From: the human T2T-CHM13v2.0 reference genome, Homo sapiens
NCBI RefSeq assembly: GCF_009914755.1
Contig: NC_060932.1
DNA: 64,000 nucleotides
Strand: one strand, 5' to 3'
Below are positions 26,591 to 40,815 of this stretch, piece after piece (the first letter of the stretch is position 1; the number at the start of each line of letters is the position of its first letter). The notes beneath the pieces are model-generated. The model had not been told where the DNA came from, ran no database searches, and worked only from the letters and a program-made list of their open reading frames with translations. A program made the translations under genes and the position numbers.

Positions 26591-28718
26591 TGAGAGACTT
26601 TTTCTAGTATCAGTTCTGAGGAGCATTGCTATTTTCCTTCCTATCATCTGGAAGACCTAGACTTTAAAACTCAAAACCTGAGAAAAACTTCCTTTTTTTT
26701 CTCTCTTTTGTCTGGATCATCACTACCTTGAAATACTAAATTAGCAAAGTCCTAACTAGAAACTGAATTGGCTAAAGAGTCAAGGAGCAACAGGTAATTC
26801 CAAGAAAAACAACAGCAAACTTACATCAGTTAACATTTCAAAGCTATTTTCCTTTGCAATTTTGTGTATCTGTTTTTATGGAATGCAAGAGATAATAGGC
26901 TAAATGCTATTTTGCATATGTGTTACATTGGATTTCTCACATATTCTACTACTTAACTCAAGATGTTGAGTAAATAAATGAGTTAATAAACTGGAATTTC
27001 TATATCAGCTCTTGGTTCTAGTTATGTTTCGTTTGTTTTGGATTTTTTTTCTTTTTGAATGCTTATTCACTGGCCCAGCTGTATTTATGCCTAGATTAAC
27101 CAGATACATTGCCAGCTGTGATTTGCAGATGTGCTCCAGCTCCACAATGCCAGAAAAATTCAATTATGCCTACTAAGGTCATCGCTATAAATCACAACCA
27201 CACTGACATTTTATGGTGAATAGTGGCAATCGAAATACTTAGCCAGCAGCAGATTGTAACTGCTTATATTACGATGGCCGAAATAACCATGTGTGAAACC
27301 ATTATATTAGTTATATTTACAGCCAAATCAAACCAGGCAGTGGTCCAAGCAATGGGTTGGCAATCAGCCCGATTCAAGCTGAGCAAGGGTGATTTCATGC
27401 TGCAAAATGTGAACAAAAACATGAGCCATTACAGCATGTATTGAGAGTTCAAGTGGAATAGAACCTCTCAGACAGTGTAGACATTCGAATGAATAAGCTG
27501 GTTCCCAAATATTTACCTCAATTTGCAAGTGTGTGTTAGGTACAAGATAGGATTCTGAGACGCACTACCTCCCTATGGGACAGACTTAGAGAGATATTTT
27601 CAATATATTATGTTCCTTAGAATATTAGTATCCATAAAGTACTTCATAGCTTTTATTTTAGGCCATGACCAAGTATAAGGGAAATGATTTACCTTGTTAC
27701 CTTAAAAAAACTAAGCAAACAAGCAAAATATATGAAATAATGGTTTTCAGACATTTGGAAAGAGGCTATGCAAGAGAATGAGACAACAGAAACAGATGAG
27801 AGGAGGCTTATGTTTTCCAATTTACTAGCTGGAGAGTTTTTACGTTGTTTTGCAGGAAAGGGAAATCCAAACAGTGCCTGGCAGTCTCCCTGAGGTGACC
27901 AGAGAAAGTTGAGAACTTGTACATTCCAAGGTGGCTTTAACTTACAGAGACAACAACCAGGCACGAAACTGCTTCACAGATAAGAGAGGCCTGCAAAGAC
28001 AGAGAGCTCTGGGGATTTGCAGAGAGTTCCTTTGGAGACTTCGATTGAATACTACTCAGTGCATATATGTGAGGAAAGTAACTAGGACTAGAAAAGGAAT
28101 CAACGGCAAGGATTCAAAGGAACAACCCCTGAGATTCCCACAGAGCCTGGAAGAGTTTATGCTTCTACCTGCTAAAGTTGAATGAACATTGTAATACAAG
28201 GGAGCATCAGGTAGAGTACTCTAAGTATCACCTGAGCACTGGGGCAGAATTAGCCTTTGACTGAAGTCTTCTGATCCCACCTTAAAATCAAGCCTTGAAA
28301 GGATCAATAATTTCCATGTAACTTAATTGTGCCCCAGAACAAAGATCAAGAATATTTAAAGGTACACAAAACTAGCAAACAAGGTAACTTGTACAATGTC
28401 AGGCAGCCAATAAAAATTACCAAGCAGGCAAAGAAGCAGGAAAATATGATCTGTCATGAGAAGAAAAATCAATCAGTAAAATAGATTCTTGAAACATGCT
28501 AAAAATAGCAGAAAACATTGAAATATCTATTACAACTATATCGCAGATAATCAGAAAGGTAGAATAAATATGAGGATATTAAACAGAGACATGGGAGGTA
28601 TAAAAAGGCCCAATGTAAACTTCTAGAGATGAAAAATAAAATGTCTGAAATGAAGAATGAGATTAATAGCAGATAAACAATGCAGGAAAAATGTTAATAA
28701 ATGCACAATTAAAACTGC

Positions 28719-29213
28719 ATGTGAATGTTCACTGCAGCACTGCTCACAATAGCAAAGACATGGGATCAACCTAAAAGCCCGTCAATGACAGACTGGATAA
28801 AGAAAATGTGCTGATATGCACCATGGGATACTATGCAGCCATAAAAAAGAATGAGATCATGCCTTTTGCAGGAACGTAGGTGGAGGTGGAGGCTGTTATC
28901 CATAGCAAACTAACTCAGGAACGGAAAACCAAATACCACATGTTTTCACTTATAAGTGGGACCTAAATGATAAGAACACATGGACACAAAGAAGGAAACA
29001 ACAGACACTGGGGTCTACCTGAGTGGGGAGGGTAGAAGGAGGGAGAAGAGCAGGAAGATAACTAGGCTTACTACATGGGTAATGGGCTACTAGTACATAC
29101 TGGGCTTACTACATGGGTGATGAAACAGTATGTGCAAAAAATGTCCATGACATGTGTTTACCTCTGTAACAAACCTTCACTTGTACTCTTAAACCTAAAA
29201 TAAAAGTAAAAAG
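28719..29213 (+). mobile_element. L1PA13-16-type 3' end
   Basis: ctatgcagccataaaaaagaatgagatcatg...acctaaaataaaagt; short TSD aaactgc; internal ggcttactacatgggt duplication. Confidence 0.9.
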
Positions 29214-29660
29214 AAACTGCTCAAAATTAAATAGACAAAAATGACTTTAAAAATATAGTAAAGCAATGTGAACTGTGGACAGCTTTAAGATGCCTAATAT
29301 GTACATAATTGAAATCTCTGACATGGGAATGATTACCACAAAAAGTATTGGAAGAAATGCCAATTTTTCCTCTAAATTGGATGAAAACTATAAACCCAGA
29401 GATGCAGGAAGCCCAGTACACTCTGAGCACAATAAAACTACTCCAAGGTACATCCTAAGAAAATGATTAAAACCAATCATCAATGGGAGCCTTAAAAACA
29501 GAGAAAATACACACATTTCAAAAAGAAAAACAAAACAAATGAACAAAAAACAGAAAAAAATAACTATAGACTTCTTGTTGGAAAAAATGTAAACCTGACA
29601 GTAGTGAGGCAATATTTTTACAGACCTCCAAAAGTTTTGACTTAGAGCTCTATTTCCAGT

Positions 29661-29952
29661 TGTATTAGTCCATTTTCATGCTGCTGATAAAGACATACCC
29701 AAGACTGGGCAGGTTACAAAATAAAGAGGTTTAATGGACTTACAGTTCCATGTGGCTGGGAAGACCTCACAATCATGGTGGAAGGCAAGGAGGAGCAAGT
29801 CATGTCTTACATGGATGGCAGCAGACAAAGAGCTTGTACAGGGAAACTTCCATTTTTAAAACCATCAGATGGGTTCCTCCTATGACACATGGGTATTGTG
29901 GGAGTTACAATTCAAGATGAGATTTGGGTGGGGACACAGCCAAACCATATCA
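29661..29952 (-). mobile_element. THE1A/B solo LTR with internal deletion
   Basis: tgtattagtccattttcatgctgctgataaagacataccc...cagccaaaccatatca; TSD ccagt/acagt. Confidence 0.93.
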
Positions 29953-30219
29953 ACAGTGAAAATATCTTTCAAAACTAATGGTGAAATAAAGACTTTGTGA
30001 GACGTATGAAAGCAGAAAGGGTTCATTATCAATAAACCTCAAATATATGAAATGTTAAAGGAAGTCCCTTAAGGGGAAGAAAAGTGATATCAGATGAAAA
30101 TCTGGATTTACACAAAGATGAAGAAAACTAGCATATATTAAAAACATAGGTAAAGATAAAACATTCTTTTTAATTTTATAACTTACTACTTAAATAAAAA
30201 TAATAATAAATTGTGGATT

Positions 30220-31025
<806 letters not shown>

Positions 31026-31717
31026 TCATGGGCTATAGAATATGTAGAAGTAAAATGCCTGTCAAATACAGCACAAAGGTCTATTTAAAAAGGGAAAATT
31101 GAAATAAACTGTTTTAAGTTTATTTTACTATATAGAAAGCTGCGTAATATTAATGGAACACAGACAAGTTGTATTGAATAAACCCTAAAGCAACCATTAT
31201 AAGAACAAAACTGTTCACCTAGTAAGCCAAGAAAAGAGAAGATAAGATCATAAAAAATACTCAATTATTCTAACAGAAGGCAAAAAGAGGAATGGACCAA
31301 AAAACAGATTAGAAAAATATGAAACTAATAGCAAAATGTTATAAATTTAACCAATAATCACATTAAATGTAAATCATTAAAATCTGCCAATTATAGGGCA
31401 GAGATGGTCAGATTGAATAAAAAGTCAAGATCCAACAATATGCTACCTATAAGTCATACTGTAAATAAAATGACGCAAATAGGTTGAAAGGAAGTAAAAA
31501 GATATACTAATGTAAGTTTGGTTCAACATTTGAAAAATAATTCAATGTATTTCACCATATTAACAAACTAAGAAAGAAAAATGATAATTTCAATCAACGT
31601 TAAGAAAACAAAATGTTCACAGCAGCTTCATTTGTAATAGAAAAAAAAGGGGGGAATACCATTCATTTGAATGGATAATCAAATTGTAACATATCTATGT
31701 AATAGAATATTATCTAA

Positions 31718-31791
31718 TGTACTAATCAGAATTCTCTAGAGAAACATAAAACATAAGGATATATATATATTTTATATAATATATATATAGA

Positions 31792-31825
<34 letters not shown>

Positions 31826-31897
31826 TTTATTATAGGAATTGATTCACATGATTATGGAGACTGAGAAGCCCCACAATCTGCCATCTGCAAGCTGGCA
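31718..31897 (-). mobile_element. MLT2 LTR fragment with (TA)n(GA)n
   Basis: ttctctagagaaaca...gagatttattataggaattg...cccacaatctgccatctgcaagctgg. Confidence 0.8.
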
Positions 31898-33721
31898 GGA
31901 AAGGTAATTATATAGGTAAATGTAAAAACAGTATAGTGTATTTTTTGTGTTTTTAATCTTCCTTTTGTTTGAATTAAAAAGACAACTACATAAAAGCAGT
32001 AATTATACAATATATAAAAATGTAGTTTTTGTGACTAACAACACAAAGGCAGAAAGGGGGACAGAGCTATCATGGAGGAAAGATTTTGCATACTGTTGAA
32101 ATCAGCATGGTATTAATCCAAATTAGATTGTTATAAATTAAATTATTAAGTGTAATCCACAAGAAAACCACTAAGAAAATAACCCAAAATACATAATAAA
32201 AGAAATAACATTGGCATTAAATGGTGCAACAATGGAATTAAGTTAAATAGTACACAACAGTGAAATTAAAAGAAAATTATTTATTTAACATAAGTTAGTA
32301 ATGGAAGAATAGAGGGAAAAAATAAGACACATAGAACAAATAGCAAAATGACAGACATAAATCATATCACTTAAGTAATACATTAAGTGTAAGTTGATTA
32401 AATACTCTAATCCAAAAGCAGAGATTGGTAGAATGAATAAAGAAAAAACAATTCTATTTCTAATATATGTAAAAAGGATAAAATGCTTAAGAGTAAATGT
32501 AACAAAAGAAGTGCAAAACTTGTATATTGATAAACGCTCCAACACAGATGAACCTTGAAAATGTTATGCTAACTGGAAGAAGCCAGACACAGAAGGCCAG
32601 ATATTATATGATTCCACTTATGTGAAATGTTCAAAATAGGCAAATCCCTAAAAACAGAAAGTAGATTAGTAATTTCTAGGGAGTGGTAGGAGGGGAAGGA
32701 TTGAGGATTAACGGCCAATGGACATCAGGTTTCATTTGGAGGTAAGTAAAATATTGCAGAATTAGATAGTCATAGCGTTGTACATTGTAAAGCTCTGTGA
32801 ATATACTAAAAACCACTGAAACGTACACTTTAAAAGGATGAATTTCATGGTATGCAAAGTAAACAAATTAATTATTAATTAAAAATAATCAGCTATTTTA
32901 AAGTAGATTTACAGGGGATAGTGAAAATATAGAGATCAAGTGTTTTATAGAGTTAGAAAGGCTAACTGTTTCTGGATTCCCTATAGTAAGATTGCAAATT
33001 GAAAAAGGTCTTAAGCATAAAAAGCTCAATATGACTCTCAGCTAATAACTCCCTCTGAGACAAAGACCAGTTAAAAGAGTTACTTCCTCACCAAATCTCA
33101 TGTTTTGGGTAGCTAACAAGCAGTTTCCATTAAGATGAGAGAAAATAAGAAAGCATGGGAAAGACAGAAAGGCATTGGGGTAAAGGAGAAATAAGGCAGG
33201 ACTAACAATTGTATATATAAAAAAATTTGACTGTGATTACTGATATATAAAAGTAAATGGAAATATTTAGATTAGAAACTGCCAAGTTTTGAAGAATCTT
33301 TTATTGCAGAAGAATCCCAAGCCAAGTCTAATAATCTTGTGATTATTTGCTAGGCTTTAAAACTGTCATGGTAGATCCAAACTAGCATGGGCAGGAACAC
33401 CAGCTTCAAGTATGAATAAAGAAGAAATTTGTAAAGGGTGGAGCCAGGAGCGCCAGGGAATTTTAAATTGTAGCTATTCTATACAGTCTTCATTATTTTA
33501 TATTTAAGTGTTTTGGAGCAGAAGTATGTAGAGTAACTCATCTCTAGTTTTACAGGTTGCTGGGCCAAAAGGAACCACATCTGTACACAGCAGAAGGACT
33601 GTACATCACCTATAGATCCTGGTCATGTTGTGCATTGAATGGATGGGACCTAAAGTGTTTACCTTGATAGAAAGTAAGTCAGTTCTGTTTCTTGGAGAAA
33701 GAATGTGGCAATAAAAGTCAG

Positions 33722-34130
33722 TCATTGCTATGTTCATCCAAGCCAATTTTCATTTCTTCCTAAGTTAGACTGCATTTCCAAACCTTCCTTACAGTTAGGT
33801 GTGGCCAAATAACCCATGGAATGTGGGCAGGCATGATAAGTGCTTTCCACATGCTTTCTAAAAAAACTCCTCATTATCCTCCACTCTTTTTTTTTTTTTT
33901 TTCATCATCTGCCCAATGAAGGGAGAGACCAAGGACCTACAGGAGGGCAGGTCAATAAGACCGAAAGAGCCTGGGTCTGTGAGTCACCACATGAAGGAGA
34001 GTAGATCATAAGATCTCCCAGACTAGGGGGGACCTCATCAGATTGCTGCATGAGAAAGAATTTTTATTGTGTTAAGTGATGACATTTGGGGTTCTTTATA
34101 ATAGCAGACGGTATTGCCTTAACTAACACA
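33722..34130 (+). mobile_element. Old MLT1 LTR
   Basis: gactgcatttcca...ttacagttaggtgtggcca...ggaatgtgggcag...ttattgtgttaag. Confidence 0.7.
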
Positions 34131-34996
34131 GTCTTATAGGTTAATAAATTTAGAAAACGCTAGTCTTACAAAGAAAAACTGATCCGCATCAGCCTTTGAT
34201 TTGCTGCTGGATATGATAAGTTTTTACAACGAACAGGTCATATAGAGTATTTTCCTAGTTATATGACCACAAGACCCATTTTTCACTTAGCCTCCAGAAT
34301 GACCATGAAATTTCTCCTCAAGAGAGAAAGGGGAAATTGGCTGGGTTCAAATTTTTAGAAAAGACACACATTTAGGAAATAGAAGGAAATAAAATACTGA
34401 AAAAATAAAGAAAAGAAACAGAGAGGAAGAAGTATGAGTGTTAGTACAAGGGTTCTCTAGTGGGAGAGTTTTAAAAGGAAGCAAACATTACCTAACAATG
34501 CCAAATGTTCACAGAGATCAAGACCAATGGGAGGTCACTAAGACCCTGTGAGTGAACAGAAAAGTTAGTAAGGTTAGAGCTATAAAGTTAAGTCATTATA
34601 CTGGGAAGGGTGAACTCTGTCTAGACAGTCATAAACTTTCCCTTTATACATTCATCAAATAATTATTGGATACCTAACTGCATTTCAGGTTTAATTCAGA
34701 ACCCAGAGCATACGATGACGATGCACTCTAGATAAGACTTTGCCTGAACTAACAGCTGGCTCCTTCGAACTTGGATATCTCTTAATTTCTTAGAGATGTT
34801 TCTAATATCTGTAAGAACAGAGACAAGTCCTTACACTCTCTGAGCTTCAGTTTCCCCATCCATGAAACAGAGAAAATATTAATATTCTGCCCCCTGACAT
34901 CATAAAAAAGCTTGCAAGAGATCTTTGAAAGCTATTTAATCCACACCTGCCATTCTTACCCACAGCATTTACACAGGCCCACATTGGTGCACAGGC

Positions 34997-35021
34997 ACAC
35001 ACACACACACACACACACACA
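34997..35021. repeat. (CA)n microsatellite
   Basis: Directly visible. Confidence 0.95.
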
Positions 35022-36799
35022 CCCCAGATTCCATAAATTGTAACACAAATTATAACTTTGTTCTTTTTATCAGAAACAGGCAAGCATTTCCCATCTTTAA
35101 CAGATTAAAGACATTTTTATTGGTTACAATGTCATTTCTGAAGCTTGAAATTAACATCAGCCCACTGTCAGTTTAATCCCTTTCCATTTGTCAGATGTTC
35201 AATACCATTCCAGTTTCAAAGGGAGGTGAAAATAAAACTAGCTGAACGTGTGTGGCCCTATTGTGTGTGGTTATTGAAACACTGAGACTACATCGGGCTG
35301 ACCGCAGCTGCCTCGGCTGCTGCTAAGATTATTGGAGCAGCTTATAGGTTGCTTGTAAGCATGTCTCCAACATGCATGCTCATCTGGGGTTTAACTTCTT
35401 AAAAAGTTTCTGGGAATATATTGAAGTAGAGCTGAGGATAGGAAAAGTGGTAGTTTGGAAAATGAAGAAACAAACACTCGACCGTGATTAAAGATTTGTT
35501 TTCAAGTCAAAATTATAGCACACTCAAGCCAATTTTAACAAAATAAACATCTGCTCTTTAAGGAATCCAGGGGAAAAGTCGCCATTAAATTTTACTCCTG
35601 CTGCCCTTGTTTCTCAGGCATTGCTATATCCTTGTAGTAGAGATACTTTATTGGTTCAAATTCCTACCGTCTGTAGTTAAAGCAAAGGTATTCTCTATAA
35701 CTTAGCCAAACTGCGAATGTCATTTGTCTTCTGTGATGATTTCCACAAGGAATTTAAAATATCTGAGGTTCCTCTAAGGTCAGACTGGACTGAAGTTGTG
35801 TTAGGAACCAGAAAGGTGATCAATATTTGTCTGGAATCTGGATCCAGGAATTTGTCTGTTTCCTTCTTATAATAAAAAGGTGCTAAATGTTTTACCCATG
35901 TTATCTCCAGATTATCAAAAAGCCCTCAGTGGTTGGTAATACTGCTCCAGTTTTACAAACCATGATTCATATTATTTTACAATTTGTCCATATTTATGTA
36001 GCTAGTAAGTAGCTAAGCTGAGATCCGAATGTATTTCATCTGATTCTGAGTGACCCTAGACACTCTACCACTTGATCCAAGATGACATATGCGCATCCAT
36101 TTTCCATATGAACATATGTTAAATGAAGATAAAGGCTCTGACTTATCTCATGTTACTTGCAATTATTTAAAAAATATTGTTTACTGTTCAAAAATAAGAC
36201 ACATAACTTCAAAATCATTCACTAGAAATATAGAACAAACCAGAAAAATATGTTATTAACCTCTTCCACAAAAAAGTGTTCTCTCCAAAGATTTCTAAAT
36301 ATTACTTGCTTCCATGGGACAATAACTCATCCCAAAAAGCTACTGTACATTGCGATGACAAATATTTTTGAACTAGATAAACAGATCTGGAAAATACAAC
36401 CTATTAAGAACAACTACATTACTGGTTTACAAATCTTTCAGTTGCAGGGCATCTAACAAAGAAAAATTCGACAATTCTGTTTTCTGATTTTAAAAAAGAA
36501 GAAAATTCACAAATAGGCCAAGTTAATTTGACCATGAAGCAACAGCTCCTCCTACAGCATCTGAGAATGTAGCATTTCAAAGATTTCTTGTTAGGTTCAT
36601 TTCTAGAAAATTAACCAGGCAAAAATGAGGTGCTCTGTTTTCCTGGTCTACTTTCATGTCTCTATCCCAGTTCAAATACGTTGATTCTTCTTCCCCTATT
36701 TCCCAGCAGTCTCCTCGTTTTATCAGAAACTCTGCCAGGACTGGATTTTAAGCTCACTCACACTAAGTGAAAGGAAGGTGACTTTTAAAAGCCTAATGA

Positions 36800-37049
36800 C
36801 AAGGTAAGGGGACTACTTGAGGCCAGGAGTTCAAGAAAAGCCTGGACAACATAGTGAGACCCTGTCTCTATAAAAAATTAGAAACTTAGCTGTGCATAGT
36901 GGCACTCACCTGTAGCCCCAGCTACTTAGGAGGCTGAGGTGGGAGGATAACTTGAGGCCAGGAGTCGGAGGCTACAGTGAGCTATGATCATGCCACTGCA
37001 CTCTTGCCTGGGCAACAAAGTGAGACCCTGTCTTTAAACAAACAAAAAA
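36800..37049 (+). mobile_element. AluJ, 5'-truncated
   Basis: J-diagnostic aacatagtgagaccctgtctct, ggaggataacttgag, gaggctacagtgagctatgatc. Confidence 0.93.
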
Positions 37050-37253
37050 TTTAAACTAATCTGCATAAGTGAAAAGTTAGCCTCAGGTATTAGTGAGAGG
37101 GATCTGATCCCCCTACCCCATCCCTGCATAAAAGAGCCTTGGGGATTCTAACTCAATTGATTCTGCCCAACTACTTGGAAATCCCAGACCAGACACTTCA
37201 AATATTGGGCATTTTGTCCACTACCTGTTAATTTCTAGACTTAATTTCCAGTG

Positions 37254-37272
37254 TGGCCACAAGATGGCACTA
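37254..37272 (+). promoter_or_regulatory. CTCF binding motif
   Basis: TGGCCACAAGATGGCACTA versus consensus TGGCCACCAGGGGGCGCTA; upstream taatttcc may be an upstream-module remnant. Confidence 0.7.
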
Positions 37273-39533
37273 CTCTCCAACTGTTACCATACTGTACCAG
37301 GCAGGGCCCCAGGGAGCATGGACACACAGTAGGCGAAAACCTTGGTAATAACACAAGGAGTGTTCCCTCACATCCCCTTCTACCACCATCCTTTCGTGTG
37401 TGTGTGTGTGTGTGGCCAAAGATATATTAAGTCAGCAAACTCTGCTTTCAAAGGAAGCTACAGACGTAAGTAAAATAAAATACCTGAATTAGGAGCAACT
37501 TCATCCTAAACTTTAGTCAATATTTAGGTATCAATCCTTGAATGCATGGCAACAGAAACTATCACTACTTAAAAAATAACAATACTGCAAGCCACTTTTA
37601 AAAAGCTTTCATTCTTTTTGTTTTACTGTATCAAAAATGATGAAAAAAAATGATGCTTTTTCTCTTAAAAAATATCTCCATGCTTGTGATGTTTTGCTTG
37701 TTTTTTCTTATAGGGCCGAAGCGATTGGCAGAATTTCTGCTGTGGATTTGTAGCTGACTTCAATCACTGATTCAGAGCACACACACTCAGTACGCACACA
37801 CATACACATTCTCATACATGTGCAGAGATGCAGAGATGCACACGTGAACATATGTGCACATGCATGACTACTCTTCCAGTAACATCAATAGTAGCACGCT
37901 GTGCTCCGTTTCCCATGGCAGGGCCTGATGAAGGCCTCCGTCTGACCCCTCTCTCCTGAAACTGCTCACAGGCAAAGCCTCCGTTTTCACCAAAGCCAAT
38001 GCTGATGCTGCTTTCTTAGCTGTCTGGCACCCTCTTTAGCACATGCGGTTAGAGTTACCAGGCCAATACTTAGAACATCACTGGTAAATGTCACAAGGAT
38101 ACTAGTTTCTCAAACACACAGTTCAGAAAATCGTGTAACTCCAGCAAAAAAAACGCACCTTCCCCGGAAAAAAGGCTTTCTCATGTGTGGAAGACAAATT
38201 ATAGAAAGGAACCCATGTTGCAGTTATGAACTTACTCTAGACAGCCCACATTTTCTATCTTCCAAAAGACAGTTGGCCAAAGTGATGACATTTGAAAGAA
38301 ATATGTGTTTTTGTTTAGTTTTGTTTAATCTCCCTCCCACGCCCAAATCTGCATCTCCTCCCCTCTCTTGAGGCACCTCAGCCTTCTTCATCTGGTCTGT
38401 GTCTCCAGCAAGCAGACAGGCCCCAGCTGTGCATGAAGCATGAGCTCCCCCTGCCGACAGCTGGGAAGAAAGACAGGCTCTCTCAAACCCAGTCTGAGAT
38501 TTTTCTCGTAAGCTTAAGTCCAAGTTGTGCAAAACTGCTTGAACGTGCACACTCACACATACACACACACACGCACACACATGTAAACAAAGTGATAATT
38601 GAAACCTTGTGTATTTGGAGGAAGCATTTGGTTTAATTTGCTGCAAAAGTATTTTCACCAATGGATCGATAATGCAAATGTATGCTATGGTAAGATCAGC
38701 TTTCTATTCAGTTGTGCTGGGGTCTTGTTGGGTGTGTTTTTAAAAGTGTTGAAAGACTATCCTGCAACCTACTTATCTCTGCTGGTTCTGATAAAGTGCA
38801 TGAAATTTCCTAATCCATTCCCTAACAAGGCAGTAAGCATTTCCTTTTTCTTAAGTCTGCTGTAATGGACATCGGAGATTAAAGAATAGGTCCCAGGCAG
38901 GGTCACAGGAGGCAATTTGTGAGTGGCTGGCACCTGAAGGGAACCACACAGTACAGTAGGTCCAAAATTGGATTTTTTTTCTCTTGTTCTATATTGAGCT
39001 GACTCTGAGATGGTTACTCTCCTTTTTTTTTTTATCTTAATATGAATTGATGGTTTTGTCCAAATTCTTACAATTTGCAAGACATTGTTCAGAATTACTC
39101 CAGCATTCTCTTATTGTTTGGCACATTCATTTGACAAATGCTTATGTGTTCTGACACTGTTCTTAGATTTTCAGTTATAAAGATAAAGAAAACACAGTTG
39201 CCACCCTCAAGACTCAAAGCCTCGGTCAGGAAACAGGCAAAGAATAGAGGATAGTGTGTAGCTTGTGTTCCATTTCCCCGAACGTGGGGGATTTTAAAGG
39301 CATTTCAGAAAAACTTAAAACACAGACAGGTGCCATGCTGACTTTACCCAGAGTAGCAAGCTTTTAGGGAAAGCCTGAGCGTGCCTCAAAAGATTACAGC
39401 CCACAGCAGCATTGGGTAAAGAGAACATCAGCTGGACTGATGGACCAAAAGGCCAGGGAAATAAGGCTGCACAGGTTAAGGGCCTTGTAGCTGGAGCTGA
39501 TGGCAGAATGCCTGGCTACCAGCAATGGATGCC

Positions 39534-40000
39534 AGCATAGCATCCAACAGACAGGTGGGCCAGTGGCTTCTTAGGGACACCAATCTAGATGCTGGGAATC
39601 AAAAAAGGACTTGGGACTTCTCACTGGAGCCACAGATGAGCTAGAGGAAGTCCCAGCCCTGGAGCCCATGGTGCTTCTTTGCTGATTTACACGTACCCAG
39701 GTGATGGGTGGAAGCAGCAGCAGCAGAAGCCCCTGAAAGGGTGAAACAGTTCTGTTAGGGACGTTCAACCTGAGATTGAATATATATAATCTCTATATAT
39801 GTTTTACATGTGGAAAAGAAATTATAGAAATGACTGCATGTTGCATAGCTATAGACTTACCCTAGACAGCACACATTTTCTCCCTCTCCCTCTCCCTCTC
39901 CTGAGAGATTCCTGACAAGTCCTGTCCATTTTGATTCCTGGCACCCTAGGTTGGTGTCCCTAAAGAGCCACTGGCCCACCTGTCAGTTGAATCTTATGCT
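39534..40000. repeat. Inverted repeat, ~80-85-bp arms (39534-39613 / 39916-40000)
   Basis: Arms share exact blocks GACAGGTGGGCCAGTGGCT, TTAGGGACACCAA and GGAATCAAAA in reverse complement. Confidence 0.95.
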
Positions 40001-40011
40001 CCTGAGAGGGA

Positions 40012-40213
40012 GAGTGGGATCATGGGCTGGCTTGCTTTGCTAGTGAAAGCCAATTGTGTGATCTCCTCCCAGTTGCACATTCAGTATAATCATGCTGGTA
40101 ACTTGAAATTGACCAAAGTGAGACTATTTACGCTGTAGAAATTGAAAAGTGCTACAAACTAGGAGTTCCCTGTCCCCAAAAGCTGATTGTGAAACACTGA
40201 CCAGCACACCACT
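40012..40213. mobile_element. MER63A-like hAT-Blackjack element
   Basis: ggtaacttgaaattg...tatttac...gctacaaa...accagcacaccact. Confidence 0.75.
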
Positions 40214-40376
40214 AAATTTATGTATGTATGTATGTGTGTACACACATATACATTATGTACACATATACACATAGATATACATATATGGTATATGTGTATA
40301 TTAAGAGAGAGAGTATATTAAACTAAGAGAGAGACTAAGTTACTTTTATTAAACATCTTTCCTATGTCTCAATCTC

Positions 40377-40380
<4 letters not shown>

Positions 40381-40423
<43 letters not shown>
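40381..40423. repeat. (CA)~21 microsatellite
   Basis: Directly visible. Confidence 0.97.
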
Positions 40424-40427
<4 letters not shown>

Positions 40428-40599
40428 ATCAGGAATGAGAATTTTGAAGCAAGATGAAACCTGTTATTTAAAAGGAAAAGTTACAGTTCTTGCACATATG
40501 AGCCATGAAGAGTAAATTTCAACCCTGCTATGCTTAATAAGGAGGAATATCCCCTTTGGGTCATTACTGGAAATGTCAGCTGCTCCTGTCTCTGTCATC

Positions 40600-40815
40600 A
40601 TACAGTTGACAGAGCATACACTTTGGATTCAAGTAAATTTGCATTGGACTTTCAGCTCAACCACTGACTTTGTGATCCCGGGTAAGTTATTCGACCTCTG
40701 AGTTTCCATTTCCTCATCTGCAAAACCTAGAGACAAAATATCCCTACCTAGTATAGTAGTTGAGAAGAGTAGAGAGATGCAAAGTGCCTGTCAACATTTG
40801 GCTTAATAAACGATG
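40600..40815 (+). mobile_element. MIR
   Basis: ggtaagttattcgacctctgagtttccatttcctcatctgcaaaa. Confidence 0.8.

Noticed and set aside
38224-38661. 145-aa minus-strand ORF
   Set aside because: Crosses a CA repeat, shows no recognisable domain or exon structure, and is likely a chance ORF
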